DNA from: an uncultured Micrococcales bacterium | GTDB taxonomy: Bacteria > Actinomycetota > Actinomycetes > Actinomycetales > Microbacteriaceae | Reading direction: 5' to 3' | Length of the DNA stretch: 64,000 bases | Assembly (NCBI GenBank): GCA_903834635.1 | Contig: CAILJO010000082.1 | Span: forward strand, 8,593-72,592 | In this document: piece after piece, positions 1-10,557 of the stretch | Position numbering within the stretch: position 1 is the first letter of the stretch | Layout: every line of letters begins with the position of its first letter | Translations under genes and position numbers: made by a program | The notes under the pieces: model-generated | What the model saw: the letters and a program-made list of their open reading frames with translations, nothing else | Told to the model about the DNA's origin: nothing | The model's database searches: none

Positions 1-634
1 CCACGTTTTCGCGTAAGTTTGAGAGAACCATGGCAATTTTTGGTGTTTGGTGGGTTTGACGAGTCGGTGCATCCAACGCCACAAGCCAGACTATGCAGGC
101 CGAAAGCAACGAAATGGCTGCCAGGAATGCAAATGCCTTTTGCCAACCCGCGAGTTGCAGAAACCAAACAAAAGGAATTGCAGATGCGACTTGCCCGAGC
201 TGCCCGAGTGTCGCCATCCATTGCTGTGCTCGCGAGGCAGCCTTTCCGGTGAGCCAATTATTAGCCATTCGAATCATCGAGATAAAGGTGCAAGCATCGC
301 CCAGCCCCACGAGCATGCGCCCGAATATTGCCACCTCGAGAGTTGGTGCAAACGCGACTAACAACTGGCCCGACGCCATGGCCAGGGCCCCGAAACTCAG
401 CAACACTCTTGAACCAAATCGATCCAAAAGGATTCCAACAGGAACTTGCATCCCCGAATAAACCACCAGCTGAAGAACCGCCAACGAAGCAAGTTGGCTT
501 GCGGTTGTATTGAAACGCTCAGATGCCTCCAGCGAGGCTACACCGAGGCTCGTGCGTTGGGTTACTGCGAAAAAATAAGCGAGATTAGCCGCGATCAGAG
601 CGAGGAGCCCCCTGCGCGAGAACTTTTCGCTCAG
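1..634 (-). CDS. MFS transporter (partial, runs off window start; probable CTG start)
   Basis: Not in the ORF track. Manual translation gives an open frame from 634 to 1: (L)SEKFSRRGLLALIAANLAYFFAVTQRTSLG...GILLDRFGSR (MFS motif A)...GRMLVGLGDA. An in-frame TGA lies two codons upstream of the CTG at 634-632. Confidence 0.85.
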   Translation of the reverse strand, partial: MSEKFSRRGLLALIAANLAYFFAVTQRTSLGVASLEASERFNTTASQLASLAVLQLVVYSGMQVPVGILLDRFGSRVLLSFGALAMASGQLLVAFAPTLEVAIFGRMLVGLGDACTFISMIRMANNWLTGKAASRAQQWMATLGQLGQVASAIPFVWFLQLAGWQKAFAFLAAISLLSACIVWLVALDAPTRQTHQTPKIAMVLSNLRENV

Positions 635-1545
635 GATTCATCCTCTGCATTGTTTTGTCGGCGATTGGCCAGGTAATCCTCTAGTTGGGCAGCAATGTCA
701 TCGGCCGAAGGGATGTCTTGTTCCGGTCTACGCACGGCAGCCTGCACCGGGCCAACGCGTTCGTTGCGATAACCCTGCTCAAGATTTGCAACCATTCTCG
801 AAAGATCTTCGTTTTCACTGACCTGTTGGTTGAGTTTTCGTTCGAATTTTTCGTTTTGCTCTCGCAAGGAGTCAGTCGGGAATACTAAGCCTGAGGCAGC
901 CGAAATCAACTCGAATGCCGTAACAGCGGCCTTAGGGTATTCCGAATCGGCAATGTAGTGCGGTATCAAAAGCACGAATCCGACGCTCGAAACGGAAAGT
1001 TCGGTTAGACGGTACTCCAAAAGATGGAGCACATTGCCTGGAACCTGTGTTTCAGGTTTCCACTCACTGTATTTGGCTATAAGGTCGCCTCGATTTCCGC
1101 TAACCGTGATTCCAACCGGGCGCGTGTGTGGCATCGGGAATGGGATGCTGTGAACCCAGATAAACTCCGTGATCGCGAAATCTTCGACAATTTGGACGAT
1201 GGCGTCGGCGAATCTTTCCCACTTAAAGTCGGGTTCGTAACCATGCAAATAAAGAAAAGGCTGACCGGCTTCATCATGTACAAGGTAAATACCCAAAACC
1301 GCCGGTTCGTATGAACTTATGTGGTCCTTCTCGAAATACATGACCGGACGACGGCTTCGATAATCAAGAAGAGCCTCATTATCGAAACAGATCACCAGCT
1401 CGGTGTCGAAGTTAGCGAAAATGTGATCGGCGGTTTGAGAAATACTTCCACCGGCATCGGTAAACCCGTTTAGGCCGGCGAGCAACCTTAGTCCTTTAGG
1501 AATGGACACATTTAGGTCAACAAGTCTAAAAATCGGTTCGCTCAT
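631..1545 (-). CDS. PAC2 family (proteasome assembly chaperone-like) protein
   Basis: GFTDAG, LLDYRSRRP, GYEPDFKWERF, PHTRP and PHY motifs typical of actinobacterial PAC2 proteins. Confidence 0.85.
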   Translation of the reverse strand: MSEPIFRLVDLNVSIPKGLRLLAGLNGFTDAGGSISQTADHIFANFDTELVICFDNEALLDYRSRRPVMYFEKDHISSYEPAVLGIYLVHDEAGQPFLYLHGYEPDFKWERFADAIVQIVEDFAITEFIWVHSIPFPMPHTRPVGITVSGNRGDLIAKYSEWKPETQVPGNVLHLLEYRLTELSVSSVGFVLLIPHYIADSEYPKAAVTAFELISAASGLVFPTDSLREQNEKFERKLNQQVSENEDLSRMVANLEQGYRNERVGPVQAAVRRPEQDIPSADDIAAQLEDYLANRRQNNAEDES

Positions 1546-1581
1546 TTCTTAATACTAAATCTGCGTGGATAGCATTTAGTT
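1546..1581. promoter_or_regulatory. Back-to-back leaderless promoters for PAC2 and pepA
   Basis: TAGTAT (minus, 1552-1557) and TAGCAT (plus, 1570-1575) each lie exactly 6 nt from their ATG; no SD in the 36-bp spacer. Confidence 0.7.
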
Positions 1582-3060
1582 ATGACCAACGTTAAATCTC
1601 TTTTCGTGACCAAAGCTCCTGTTGTTTCGGCAGGAGTCGCTTATGTCGTTGGAGTTACGACTAAAAACTCAAAGCCAGCACTTGCGAGCACCATCATTGA
1701 AACAGCGTCAATCGCAAACCTAGATCTAGCTCTTGTGGGTGCCAAATCCACTCTTGAACACACTGCTCGTGTTCCAGGTGCCAACGGTTCAGTCTTCCTG
1801 CTTATTGGCATCGGTGATGAGGAAATTGACGCCGAAGCCTTGCGCAGACTGGCTGGGGCAGCAACCAGAGCTCTGCCAGACTTCAAAGACATAACATTGG
1901 GTCTACCTGTGTCGAACGCTGGCGAGGCTCTGGCTGTTCTCGAAGGCGCCCTAATCGGCAACTATGAGTTCATTAGTTTCAAGGGATCGAAGAAGCAGCC
2001 TAGATTGCTTTCGACGGTCACTGTTGCCAGCGCATTCAAGCCGACAGATTCAGCAGTCAAGGAGTCGCTTGTTATTGCCGATGCGATTCGCTCGATCAGA
2101 GACCTCGGCAACACTCCCCCAAATGACATGTACCCGCAAACCCTTGCAACGGCTTTCCAGAAAGTGGCAAAGGGTTCTGGAGTCACCATCGAAGTATGGG
2201 ACGAAAAGCGACTTATCGCCGAGAACATGGCGGGAATATTGGCTGTTGGAAAGGGGTCGTCGCGACCACCACGGCTAATCAAAATCGAATACAAGCCACG
2301 CAGCGCCAAAAAACAATTAGCCCTTGTCGGCAAAGGTATAACCTTCGACACCGGCGGTCTGACACTAAAGCCTGGTACTGGAATGATCGGAATGAAGTAT
2401 GACATGACGGGAGCTGCGACGATCGGACAAGCGGTTCTTGCAATAGCTGCTTTAGCCTTGCCGATTCATGTGACCGGTTATTTGTGTGTTGCAGAGAACA
2501 TGGTTTCAGGCACAGCCCAGCGCCCAACTGACGTCATTCGCTATCGCAACGGCAAAACAGTCGAGGTAACAAACACAGACGCCGAAGGTCGCCTCGTTTT
2601 GGCTGATGGCCTCATTCTTGCCAGCGAGCAAAAGCCAGACCTGATTGTCGATGTGGCGACTCTTACGGGTGGCGCGCGCATTGCTCTTGGCGTTCGCTAC
2701 ACGGGATTAATGGGTAACGACTTCGGTGTAGAGACCCTGAAAAAGGCTGCAGAAGCCTCCGGCGAACTTGTTTGGCACATGCCGTTGCCAGCAGAGCTGC
2801 GCACATTGTTGAACTCCGAAACCGCAGACCTGATCAACTCGAAACTCGGTGACCCAACTGGAAGCATGCTCGTGGGAGGGCACTTCTTGAAGGAGTTTGT
2901 GGCCTCGAAGTCTCCCAAGGACAAGACGCAAATCGCCTGGGCGCACTTAGACATAGCTGGGCCTGCCAATAACGAAGTTGCACCATACGGTTACCTAAGC
3001 AAGGGAGCAACCGGAGTGATGTTGCGCACGCTTGTCGAAACCGCAAAGGCTCTCGTCTAG
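1582..3060 (+). CDS. pepA: Leucyl aminopeptidase (M17)
   Basis: GKGITFDTGG, MKYDM, NTDAEGRL and ATLTG metal-binding motifs. Confidence 0.95.
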   Translation: MTNVKSLFVTKAPVVSAGVAYVVGVTTKNSKPALASTIIETASIANLDLALVGAKSTLEHTARVPGANGSVFLLIGIGDEEIDAEALRRLAGAATRALPDFKDITLGLPVSNAGEALAVLEGALIGNYEFISFKGSKKQPRLLSTVTVASAFKPTDSAVKESLVIADAIRSIRDLGNTPPNDMYPQTLATAFQKVAKGSGVTIEVWDEKRLIAENMAGILAVGKGSSRPPRLIKIEYKPRSAKKQLALVGKGITFDTGGLTLKPGTGMIGMKYDMTGAATIGQAVLAIAALALPIHVTGYLCVAENMVSGTAQRPTDVIRYRNGKTVEVTNTDAEGRLVLADGLILASEQKPDLIVDVATLTGGARIALGVRYTGLMGNDFGVETLKKAAEASGELVWHMPLPAELRTLLNSETADLINSKLGDPTGSMLVGGHFLKEFVASKSPKDKTQIAWAHLDIAGPANNEVAPYGYLSKGATGVMLRTLVETAKALV

Positions 3061-3098
3061 TAAAGTTAGATGGTTCCCCAGAAAAGATGGAGTGATTC

Positions 3099-4475
3099 GT
3101 GGCTGACCACAATTTCGATGTAGTAATTCTTGGCGGCGGAAGCGGCGGATACGCTGCGGCTTTGCGCTCAGCACAACTCGGCAAGTCCGTTGCCCTCATC
3201 GAGAAAGACAAACTCGGCGGCACCTGTCTGCACCGAGGATGCATCCCTACCAAGGCTCTACTTCACAGCGCTGAAGTCGCCGATGTGACCAAAGATGCAG
3301 CCGCTTATGGCGTTAACGCTCAATTCCAGTCAATCGACATGAGCGTTGTAAACAAGTACCGCGACGGGATTGTTGACCGCCTCTTCAAAGGTCTAACCGG
3401 ACTTGTCTCATCTAAGAACATCACCGTCGTTGCAGGCGAGGGTCGACTAACCGGGCCGAAAACCGTCACGGTCAACGGGGACAACTACAACGGCACCAAC
3501 GTAATCCTGGCAACCGGTTCATACTCGCGCACCCTTCCTGGTTTGGAGATTGGTGGCCGAGTCATAACCTCGGAACAAGCCTTGGGCCTTAACTTTGTTC
3601 CTGGAAAGGTACTAGTTCTGGGTGGCGGAGTCATCGGTGTTGAGTTTGCTTCTATTTGGAAGTCCTTTGGTGCGGATGTAACCATCATCGAGGGCCTGCC
3701 TCACCTTGTTCCTAACGAGGACGAAGCCGTTTCTAAAGGACTAGAGCGCGCTTTCCGTAAGCGCGGCATTGATTTCAAGCTGGGAGTGCGATTCTCTGGT
3801 GTTGAACAAAATGCCAATGGCGTGGTTGTTTCACTAGAAGACGGAACCAAACTTGACGGTGAACTGCTTCTCGTTGCCGTTGGTCGCGGCCCGAACACTG
3901 CTGGTCTCGGTTACGAAGAGCAGGGCGTAAACATGGACCGCGGTTATGTTCTAACCAACGATCGTCTTGAGACAAACCTGCCTGGCGTCTATGCAGCCGG
4001 TGACATTGTTCCTGGGCTGCAGCTAGCTCACCGCGGTTTTGGCCAGGGCATATTCATTGCCGAAGAGATTGCCGGGCTTCGCCCAGCCGTCATCGACGAA
4101 AACGGCATTCCAAAGGTCACCTATTGCGAGCCTGAGGTCGCCAGCGTTGGTTTGAGCGAAGCCAAAGCCAAAGAGGTTTATGGCGCGGACAATGTCTCGG
4201 TTTATGAGTACAACCTGGGCGGCAACGGAAAGAGCCAAATTCTGGGAACTGCAGGTTTCATCAAGCTCGTTCGCCGCAATAACGGCCCCGTAATCGGAGT
4301 TCACATGATCGGCTCAAGAGTGGGCGAGCAGATTGGCGAAGGTCAACTGATTGTCAACTGGGAGGCCTACCCAGAGGATGTTGCAAGTTTGATTCACGCG
4401 CACCCAACCATGAACGAAGCGATTGGCGAGGCCCACCTAGCACTAGCTGGCAAACCTCTTCACGCGCACGCCTAG
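3099..4475 (+). CDS. lpdA: Dihydrolipoyl dehydrogenase (E3)
   Basis: GGGSGG FAD motif, GGTCLHRGCIPTK redox disulfide, C-terminal HAHPTMNE. Confidence 0.97.
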   Translation: MADHNFDVVILGGGSGGYAAALRSAQLGKSVALIEKDKLGGTCLHRGCIPTKALLHSAEVADVTKDAAAYGVNAQFQSIDMSVVNKYRDGIVDRLFKGLTGLVSSKNITVVAGEGRLTGPKTVTVNGDNYNGTNVILATGSYSRTLPGLEIGGRVITSEQALGLNFVPGKVLVLGGGVIGVEFASIWKSFGADVTIIEGLPHLVPNEDEAVSKGLERAFRKRGIDFKLGVRFSGVEQNANGVVVSLEDGTKLDGELLLVAVGRGPNTAGLGYEEQGVNMDRGYVLTNDRLETNLPGVYAAGDIVPGLQLAHRGFGQGIFIAEEIAGLRPAVIDENGIPKVTYCEPEVASVGLSEAKAKEVYGADNVSVYEYNLGGNGKSQILGTAGFIKLVRRNNGPVIGVHMIGSRVGEQIGEGQLIVNWEAYPEDVASLIHAHPTMNEAIGEAHLALAGKPLHAHA

Positions 4476-4511
4476 TATTAACCTTGTATTTGCACAAAAG
4501 GAGCGGCAACA

Positions 4512-5891
4512 ATGAGCGATTCCGTAGTACTTCCAGCACTTGGTGAAAGCGTCACCGAAGGAACAGTAACCCGCTGGTTGAAAAAAGTCGGCGACACGGT
4601 CGCTGTTGACGAACCCCTAGTTGAGGTTTCGACTGACAAGGTTGACACCGAAATTCCTTCGCCGTTCGCTGGAGTAGTCGAACAGATTCTTGTGCAAGAA
4701 GACGAAACCGTTGAGGTTGGTGGTGTTCTAGCCATTATTGGAGGAGGATCCAGCACCACATCGGCACCGGCCGCCCCAGCTGCTGAGCCTGCCCCTGTTG
4801 CCGAAGCTGCAGCTGCAGTCGAGGCCCCCGTTGTGTCGGCGCCAGTTGTCTCTGAGCCAGTAGCACCTGTCGTAACGACCCCGGTAGTCGCCGCACCAGT
4901 TGCTGCTGCGCCTGTTGCAGCAAGTGCACCTAGCCAAAACCTAGGCGCTGCCGCTAGCACAGACGCCGGATACGTCACTCCTTTGGTGCGCAAACTAGCC
5001 AGCGAATCTGGCATCGATCTAACAACTGTTTCAGGTTCAGGAGTTGGTGGCCGAATCCGCAAGGATGATGTTCTGGCCGCTACTGCGCCAGCCCCTTCGG
5101 CTCCTGCGTCAGCCCCAGCTCCTGTTGCAGCGGTCGCTCACGCCGCAACAGCAACGCCATCCGCAGCGTCGCCGCTGCGAGGAACAACCGAACCAATGAG
5201 CAGACTGCGAAAGGTTCTAGCCGAACGCGCGGTTGCTTCGATGCAGCAAACTGCTCAGCTGACCACAGTTGTTGAAGTGGACGTTACTCGTATTGCGTCG
5301 CTTCGCCAGAAGGTGCAGCAACAATTCGTTGCAGCTACCGGTGGGAAGCTCAACTTCATGCCGTTCTTCGCACTAGCCGCCGCAGAAGCTCTCAAGGCGC
5401 ACCCCAAGCTCAACGCGAGTATTGACGGTGAGAACGTCGTTTACCACTCTCAAGAAAACATCGCGTTTGCGGTGGACACAGAGCGCGGACTATTGACTCC
5501 AGTTATTCGCGAAACCGCATCATTGACAATCGCGCAGATTGCAGTTTCTATTGCCGACCTGGCAAGCCGCACTCGTGAGAACAAGCTCAAGCCAGACGAG
5601 CTAGGAGGCGCGACCTTCACGCTGACCAACACTGGTTCCCGTGGTGCTCTGTTCGACACCCCAGTTGTGTTCTTGCCTCAAGTTGCCATTCTTGGCACCG
5701 GAGTGGTAACCAAGCGACCTGTAGTTGTTTCGACTGCGGACGGTGGCGACACAATCGCTATTCGAAGCATGGTCTACTTGGCTTTGAGCTACGATCACCG
5801 GTTAGTCGATGGAGCAGACGCAAGTCGTTACCTGGTAGACGTCAAGGCACGCCTAGAAGAAGCCAACTTCGAGGCAAATCTCGGGATTTAG
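4512..5891 (+). CDS. dlaT: Dihydrolipoamide acyltransferase E2 (single lipoyl domain)
   Basis: Lipoyl motif EVSTDKVDTE, Ala/Pro linkers, E3-binding GSGVGGRIRKDD, catalytic YDHRLVDG. Confidence 0.93.
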   Translation: MSDSVVLPALGESVTEGTVTRWLKKVGDTVAVDEPLVEVSTDKVDTEIPSPFAGVVEQILVQEDETVEVGGVLAIIGGGSSTTSAPAAPAAEPAPVAEAAAAVEAPVVSAPVVSEPVAPVVTTPVVAAPVAAAPVAASAPSQNLGAAASTDAGYVTPLVRKLASESGIDLTTVSGSGVGGRIRKDDVLAATAPAPSAPASAPAPVAAVAHAATATPSAASPLRGTTEPMSRLRKVLAERAVASMQQTAQLTTVVEVDVTRIASLRQKVQQQFVAATGGKLNFMPFFALAAAEALKAHPKLNASIDGENVVYHSQENIAFAVDTERGLLTPVIRETASLTIAQIAVSIADLASRTRENKLKPDELGGATFTLTNTGSRGALFDTPVVFLPQVAILGTGVVTKRPVVVSTADGGDTIAIRSMVYLALSYDHRLVDGADASRYLVDVKARLEEANFEANLGI

Positions 5892-5909
5892 GATTTTAGC
5901 TGCATCATC

Positions 5910-5942
5910 AGCAAATGGGGTCGAAAGTCGACCCCATTTGCT
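5910..5942. terminator. Strong hairpin between convergent genes (likely bidirectional terminator)
   Basis: AGCAAATGGGGTCGA-AAG-TCGACCCCATTTGCT, a perfect 15-bp inverted repeat. Confidence 0.8.
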
Positions 5943-6471
5943 ATTTAACCAACCGGAAGCTCGTCAAATTCTTCGTGTTGGTGTCAACAAAGAGTTGAAC
6001 TTTTGATGTTTTGCCTTCGCATGTGAATAGGGCTGTAGAAAAACTAACTCCCCCAAGATTTTGCCAAATGGTTACACCGTCAACTAGACCCGTAGCAACT
6101 GATCGATCTAAGTGGCAAGCGCTTGGCGCAACAGACGTTTGCGGAGATTCAGTCGGTTGAATCGGTTTTGCCGATGACCGATGACTAGACCAATCGGGCA
6201 CCAAACACCAGCCGCTGACAAAAGCCAAAACCGCGAGTAGCAGCAAAAGACCCTTTCGCATGTATTTTGAAATTGGTGCTCGTGCAACAAGTGGTGTTGG
6301 GATGGCAGCCCAAACCCGTCTTCGCTCGTCCAGCCGCACGTCGATGCCAGCATCTCGCAATCTTAAGAAACTTGCGGCCCAAGAGTCGTTGAGAGAAACA
6401 AATCTGCGGTTTCGGGCTTGCCGAGAATACAAACGAAACAAAAACGATGTGCTCAATGCGTGTTTACCCAC
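5941..6471 (-). CDS. Hypothetical single-pass membrane protein
   Basis: 176-aa ORF filling the gap; basic N-terminus, one hydrophobic helix (GLLLLLAVLAFVSGW), Ser/Pro linker, small domain with two Cys. Confidence 0.65.
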   Translation of the reverse strand: MGKHALSTSFLFRLYSRQARNRRFVSLNDSWAASFLRLRDAGIDVRLDERRRVWAAIPTPLVARAPISKYMRKGLLLLLAVLAFVSGWCLVPDWSSHRSSAKPIQPTESPQTSVAPSACHLDRSVATGLVDGVTIWQNLGGVSFSTALFTCEGKTSKVQLFVDTNTKNLTSFRLVK

Positions 6472-6553
6472 GACTTGATGGTGGCACTCTAAATCGGCCG
6501 AAATAAGTCGAGGACGGCAAATGTTAGTAACACCAACTATTTAGAATTGACAC

Positions 6554-7189
6554 ATGCCCGAATTCCTTCAAGCTGGTTACGACCCGCACTTCGTTGATTA
6601 CAACGAGGCCTGGCAACTTCAAAGGGCAGTGCACTCAGAAGTGGTTTCTGGCGCGCGAGACGACACCATAGTTTTGCTTGAGCACTTCAGTGTTTTCACG
6701 GCCGGTAAGCGCACGGAAGACGACGAACGCCCAACCGATGGAACGCCTGTGGTCGATGTTGATCGCGGCGGAAAGATAACTTGGCATGGACCCGGTCAGT
6801 TGGTCGGATACCCGATCATGAAGCTACCCAACCCAATTGACGTGGTCGGTTATGTTCGATGGCTAGAGCAGGTTCTTATCGACACCATAGCGGAATTCGG
6901 TCTACACACCGAGCGTGTTGCCGGAAGAAGCGGAGTGTGGGTTCCGGTTGAAGGCGGGCATGAAAAAGTGGCCGCGATCGGCATTCGTGTAGCCGAGCAC
7001 ACGACAATGCACGGATTCGCACTCAACTGCAACAACTCTTTGGATCCGTATGACACGATTGTTGCGTGCGGTATTCGTGATGCAAAAACGACCACGATAT
7101 CGCGCCAAATTGGTCAAAACGTGTCGCCTGAGATGGCTGCCGAAATAGTCATGACCAAACTCCACAAGATAGGCAAGGTTTCATTGTGA
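6554..7189 (+). CDS. lipB: Lipoyl(octanoyl) transferase
   Basis: [41 protein letters not shown] 6 nt before the ATG. Confidence 0.97.
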   Translation: MPEFLQAGYDPHFVDYNEAWQLQRAVHSEVVSGARDDTIVLLEHFSVFTAGKRTEDDERPTDGTPVVDVDRGGKITWHGPGQLVGYPIMKLPNPIDVVGYVRWLEQVLIDTIAEFGLHTERVAGRSGVWVPVEGGHEKVAAIGIRVAEHTTMHGFALNCNNSLDPYDTIVACGIRDAKTTTISRQIGQNVSPEMAAEIVMTKLHKIGKVSL

Positions 7190-8184
7190 CCGAAGAACTA
7201 AAGCCAGAGCGCAGGATGCTTCGCATCGAAGCTAGAAACGCGGCCGTTCCAATCGAACGCAAACCTGAGTGGATAAAGACCCGAGCAAAGATGGGCCCGG
7301 AGTACCAAGAACTTCATAAATTGGTGAAGACCGAAGGACTTCACACCGTTTGCCAAGAAGCCGGATGTCCAAACATCTACGAATGCTGGGAGGACCGCGA
7401 GGCAACCTTTCTAATTGGTGGATCACAATGCACCAGGCGATGCGATTTTTGCCAGATTGACACCGGCAAGCCTGCAGATCTTGACCGCGACGAACCGCGC
7501 CGCGTAGGCGAGTCAGTTAAGCAGATGCAACTGCGCTATGCAACAGTCACTGGAGTGGCACGAGACGACCTAGAAGACGAGGGATCTTGGCTTTATGCCG
7601 AAACCATTCGTCAAATCCACTCTCAATCGCCAGGCACAGGCGTTGAGATTCTGGTTCCTGACTTCTCAGGCAACCCTGAGCTTCTCAAAGTCGTTTTTGA
7701 GACTCTCCCAGAGGTTTTCGCCCACAATGTCGAGACGGTGCCAAGAATTTTCAAGCAGATCCGTCCGGCATTCACTTATGAGCGTTCGCTGGACGTAATA
7801 ACTCAGGCGAGAGATTATGGGCTAGTAACCAAGTCCAATCTAATTTTGGGAATGGGTGAAACTCGCGAAGAAATTTCTCAGGCGCTCAAGGATCTGCATA
7901 ACGCCGGAACAGACATCATCACAATCACTCAGTACTTGCGTCCAACTGTTCGCCACCACCCAATCGACCGCTGGGTCAAGCCTCAAGAGTTTGTCGAACT
8001 CAAGGAAGAAGCCGAAGCGATTGGATTCCTAGGAGTGCTAAGTGGGCCTCTAGTTCGCTCGAGCTATCGGGCTGGCCGCCTTTGGGCATCGTCGATGGTT
8101 AAGAAGGGTCGAGAAATCCCTGAGGATTTGAAACACCTCGCCGAGGCTGCTCTCAAAGATGGCTTCAGCCAAGCGGTCGGTTAG
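7186..8184 (+). CDS. lipA: Lipoyl synthase
   Basis: [20 protein letters not shown] radical SAM motif, RSSY. Confidence 0.98.
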   Translation: MTEELKPERRMLRIEARNAAVPIERKPEWIKTRAKMGPEYQELHKLVKTEGLHTVCQEAGCPNIYECWEDREATFLIGGSQCTRRCDFCQIDTGKPADLDRDEPRRVGESVKQMQLRYATVTGVARDDLEDEGSWLYAETIRQIHSQSPGTGVEILVPDFSGNPELLKVVFETLPEVFAHNVETVPRIFKQIRPAFTYERSLDVITQARDYGLVTKSNLILGMGETREEISQALKDLHNAGTDIITITQYLRPTVRHHPIDRWVKPQEFVELKEEAEAIGFLGVLSGPLVRSSYRAGRLWASSMVKKGREIPEDLKHLAEAALKDGFSQAVG

Positions 8185-8193
8185 GCTTTAGAA

Positions 8194-8895
8194 ATGGCTA
8201 AAGAGACACAACAAAACAAAACCCCAGGTCGTTGGGGCCAAATCTTCACCCTTTATCGCGAGACCATCAAAGTTGACAAACTTGCATTGGTTATGTCGCT
8301 TCTGGTCGCCCTTCTGACTCTGGGAGTCGGATTGGTTCTAGCCATTCCAAGCTTTGCAGCCGGAAACATCATTGGTGGAATTGCTTACTCGATTCTTGGG
8401 CTAACCGCAGCCGTGCTGCTTAGCCTTTTAGTCATGTCGAATCGCGCCCAAAAGGTAGCCTATGGTCGAATCTCTGGCCAACCTGGTGCGGTTGGTGCAG
8501 TTTTGACCTCATCAATTCGTCGCGGATGGCGCACCAGCGAGATGCCAGTTGCCGTAAACCCTAGAACTCGCGACGCCGTGTACCGTGCAGTTGGCGCAGC
8601 CGGAATTGTGCTCATCACGGAGGGTTCACGCTCAGGGACAAAGTTGATTCTCGACGAAGAACTCCGCAAACTAAAGCGAGTGGCCCCCAGTGTTCAGGTT
8701 CACGTGTTCTATGTAACCAACGACGCCACCGGCACGCCTCTGATCAAGTTGGCTAAAGAAATCACTCGCCTGAAGCGCACCTTGAACCGTGCCGAGGTTT
8801 CAGCGGTAAATAACCGTTTGCAGGCTCTTGGTTCGTTCAACATGCCGATCCCGAAGGGTATCGACCCACGAAAAATGCGAGCGGCGAGAAAGTAA
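8194..8895 (+). CDS. DUF4191 family membrane protein
   Basis: Two TM helices, GQPGAVGAVL, C-terminal PIPKGIDP; usual position between lipA and glnA in actinobacteria. Confidence 0.85.
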   Translation: MAKETQQNKTPGRWGQIFTLYRETIKVDKLALVMSLLVALLTLGVGLVLAIPSFAAGNIIGGIAYSILGLTAAVLLSLLVMSNRAQKVAYGRISGQPGAVGAVLTSSIRRGWRTSEMPVAVNPRTRDAVYRAVGAAGIVLITEGSRSGTKLILDEELRKLKRVAPSVQVHVFYVTNDATGTPLIKLAKEITRLKRTLNRAEVSAVNNRLQALGSFNMPIPKGIDPRKMRAARK

Positions 8896-8907
8896 TCGTT
8901 TTTGATC

Positions 8908-8938
8908 ATGGCCTCCTTCGGGAGGCTATTTCATTTTG
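8908..8938 (+). terminator. Intrinsic terminator
   Basis: ATGGCCTCC-TTCG-GGAGGCTAT followed by a T-rich tract. Confidence 0.75.
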
Positions 8939-8952
8939 GTGAACCTAAAGTT

Positions 8953-8968
8953 TTTACATTCCCGAAAC
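8953..8968 (+). promoter_or_regulatory. Putative GlnR box upstream of glnA1
   Basis: TTTAC-N6-GAAAC matches the a-site/b-site GlnR pattern; it lies about 35-50 nt upstream of a -10 TAAACT at 9001-9006. Confidence 0.6.
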
Positions 8969-9068
8969 ATTAATCGGCAGCCACCTGCTTATGCGTTGAC
9001 TAAACTTTGAGAGACGGCTTAAAGACGCGCCGCTCTAACAAAATCAATCATTCGAAGGGAATTCCCCT

Positions 9069-10511
9069 ATGTTCAAGACCGCTTCTGAGGTCGTGAAGTT
9101 CATCAAGGACAACGAAGTTAAGTTCCTTGACGTTCGATTCACCGACCTTCCAGGTGTACAGCAGCACTTCAACCTTCCGGCAGCGATGATCGACGAGCAG
9201 TTCTTCGTCGACGGCCAGCTTTTCGACGGTTCATCAATCCGCGGGTTCGCATCGATTCACGAATCAGACATGCAGCTAATCCCTGACGTAACCACCGCCT
9301 ACCTAGATGCTTTCCGTGTCGAGAAGACCTTGGTTATGTTGTTCGACATTTACAACCCTCGCAACGGTGAGCTTTACGGTCGTGACCCACGCCAGACCGC
9401 TAAGAAGGCTGAGGCATACTTGGCCTCAACCGGAATCGCTGACACAGCATTCTTCGCACCTGAGGCCGAATTCTTCATCTTTGATGACGTTCGTTTCCAC
9501 TACGGACAGAACAGTTCGGGTCACTTCATCGACTCAGACGAGGCAGCCTGGAACTCGGGACGCGACGAGAAGAACCTCGCCGCAGGTATTGGCGGAAACC
9601 TAGCCAACAAGACCCCTTACAAGGGTGGCTACTTCCCTGTATCTCCTGTTGACCAGCACGTTGACATGCGCGACCAGATTGTTCTAGAGCTAGAGGCCGC
9701 TGGCCTTTCGGTTGAGCGAAGCCACCACGAAGTTGGCACCGCAGGTCAGGGCGAAATCAACTACCGTTTTGACACCCTGGTAAAGGCTGCCGACGACATC
9801 TTGAAGTTCAAGTACATCGTCAAGAACGTAGCTAACTCATTCGGCAAGAGCGCAACTTTCATGCCTAAGCCACTTTTCGGTGACAACGGTTCGGGAATGC
9901 ACGTTCACCAGTCACTTTGGAAAGAAGGCAAGCCTCTGTTCTATGACGAGTCTGGCTACGGCGGTCTAAGCGATCTTGCACGCTGGTACATCGGTGGAAT
10001 CCTGAAGCACGCCCCATCACTTCTTGCCTGGACCAACCCAACGGTTAACTCATACCACCGTTTGGTGCCTGGCTTCGAGGCTCCAGTGAACCTGGTTTAC
10101 TCGGCTGGAAACCGCTCTGCTGCGATTCGCATTCCGATGACCGGCACTAACCCGAAGGCTAAGCGCATCGAGTTCCGTGCTCCTGACGCTTCGAGCAACC
10201 CATACTTCGCATTCGCTGCGATGCTGATGGCCGGACTCGACGGCATCAAGAACCGCATCGAGCCACACGAGCCTGTAGACAAGGACCTGTACGAACTTCC
10301 ACCAGAGGAAGCGAAGAACATCCCGCAGGTTCCAGGCAACCTAGAAGACGTTCTAAAGGCTCTCGAGGCGGATCACGACTACCTACTCGCAGGCGACGTA
10401 TTCACCAAGGACCTAATCGAGACTTGGATTGACTACAAGCGCGAGAAGGAGATCAAGCCTTTGGCTCTTCGTCCGCACCCATACGAGTTCGAGCTTTACT
10501 ACGGCGTCTAG
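9069..10511 (+). CDS. glnA1: Glutamine synthetase type I-beta
   Basis: [28 protein letters not shown], adenylylation site DKDLYELP. Confidence 0.98.
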   Translation: MFKTASEVVKFIKDNEVKFLDVRFTDLPGVQQHFNLPAAMIDEQFFVDGQLFDGSSIRGFASIHESDMQLIPDVTTAYLDAFRVEKTLVMLFDIYNPRNGELYGRDPRQTAKKAEAYLASTGIADTAFFAPEAEFFIFDDVRFHYGQNSSGHFIDSDEAAWNSGRDEKNLAAGIGGNLANKTPYKGGYFPVSPVDQHVDMRDQIVLELEAAGLSVERSHHEVGTAGQGEINYRFDTLVKAADDILKFKYIVKNVANSFGKSATFMPKPLFGDNGSGMHVHQSLWKEGKPLFYDESGYGGLSDLARWYIGGILKHAPSLLAWTNPTVNSYHRLVPGFEAPVNLVYSAGNRSAAIRIPMTGTNPKAKRIEFRAPDASSNPYFAFAAMLMAGLDGIKNRIEPHEPVDKDLYELPPEEAKNIPQVPGNLEDVLKALEADHDYLLAGDVFTKDLIETWIDYKREKEIKPLALRPHPYEFELYYGV

Positions 10512-10527
10512 TCGAATTTAGTTCGAT

Positions 10528-10551
10528 GGGCCTCTCCGAAAGGAGGGGCCT
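10528..10551. terminator. Hairpin terminator between convergent glnA1 and glnE
   Basis: GGGCCTCTCC-GAAA-GGAGGGGCCT. Confidence 0.75.
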
Positions 10552-10557
10552 ATTCGT

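Noticed and set aside
4750..5180. Repetitive GCA/CCA-rich sequence in dlaT
   Set aside because: Ordinary Ala/Pro flexible linkers of E2 subunits, not a DNA repeat element
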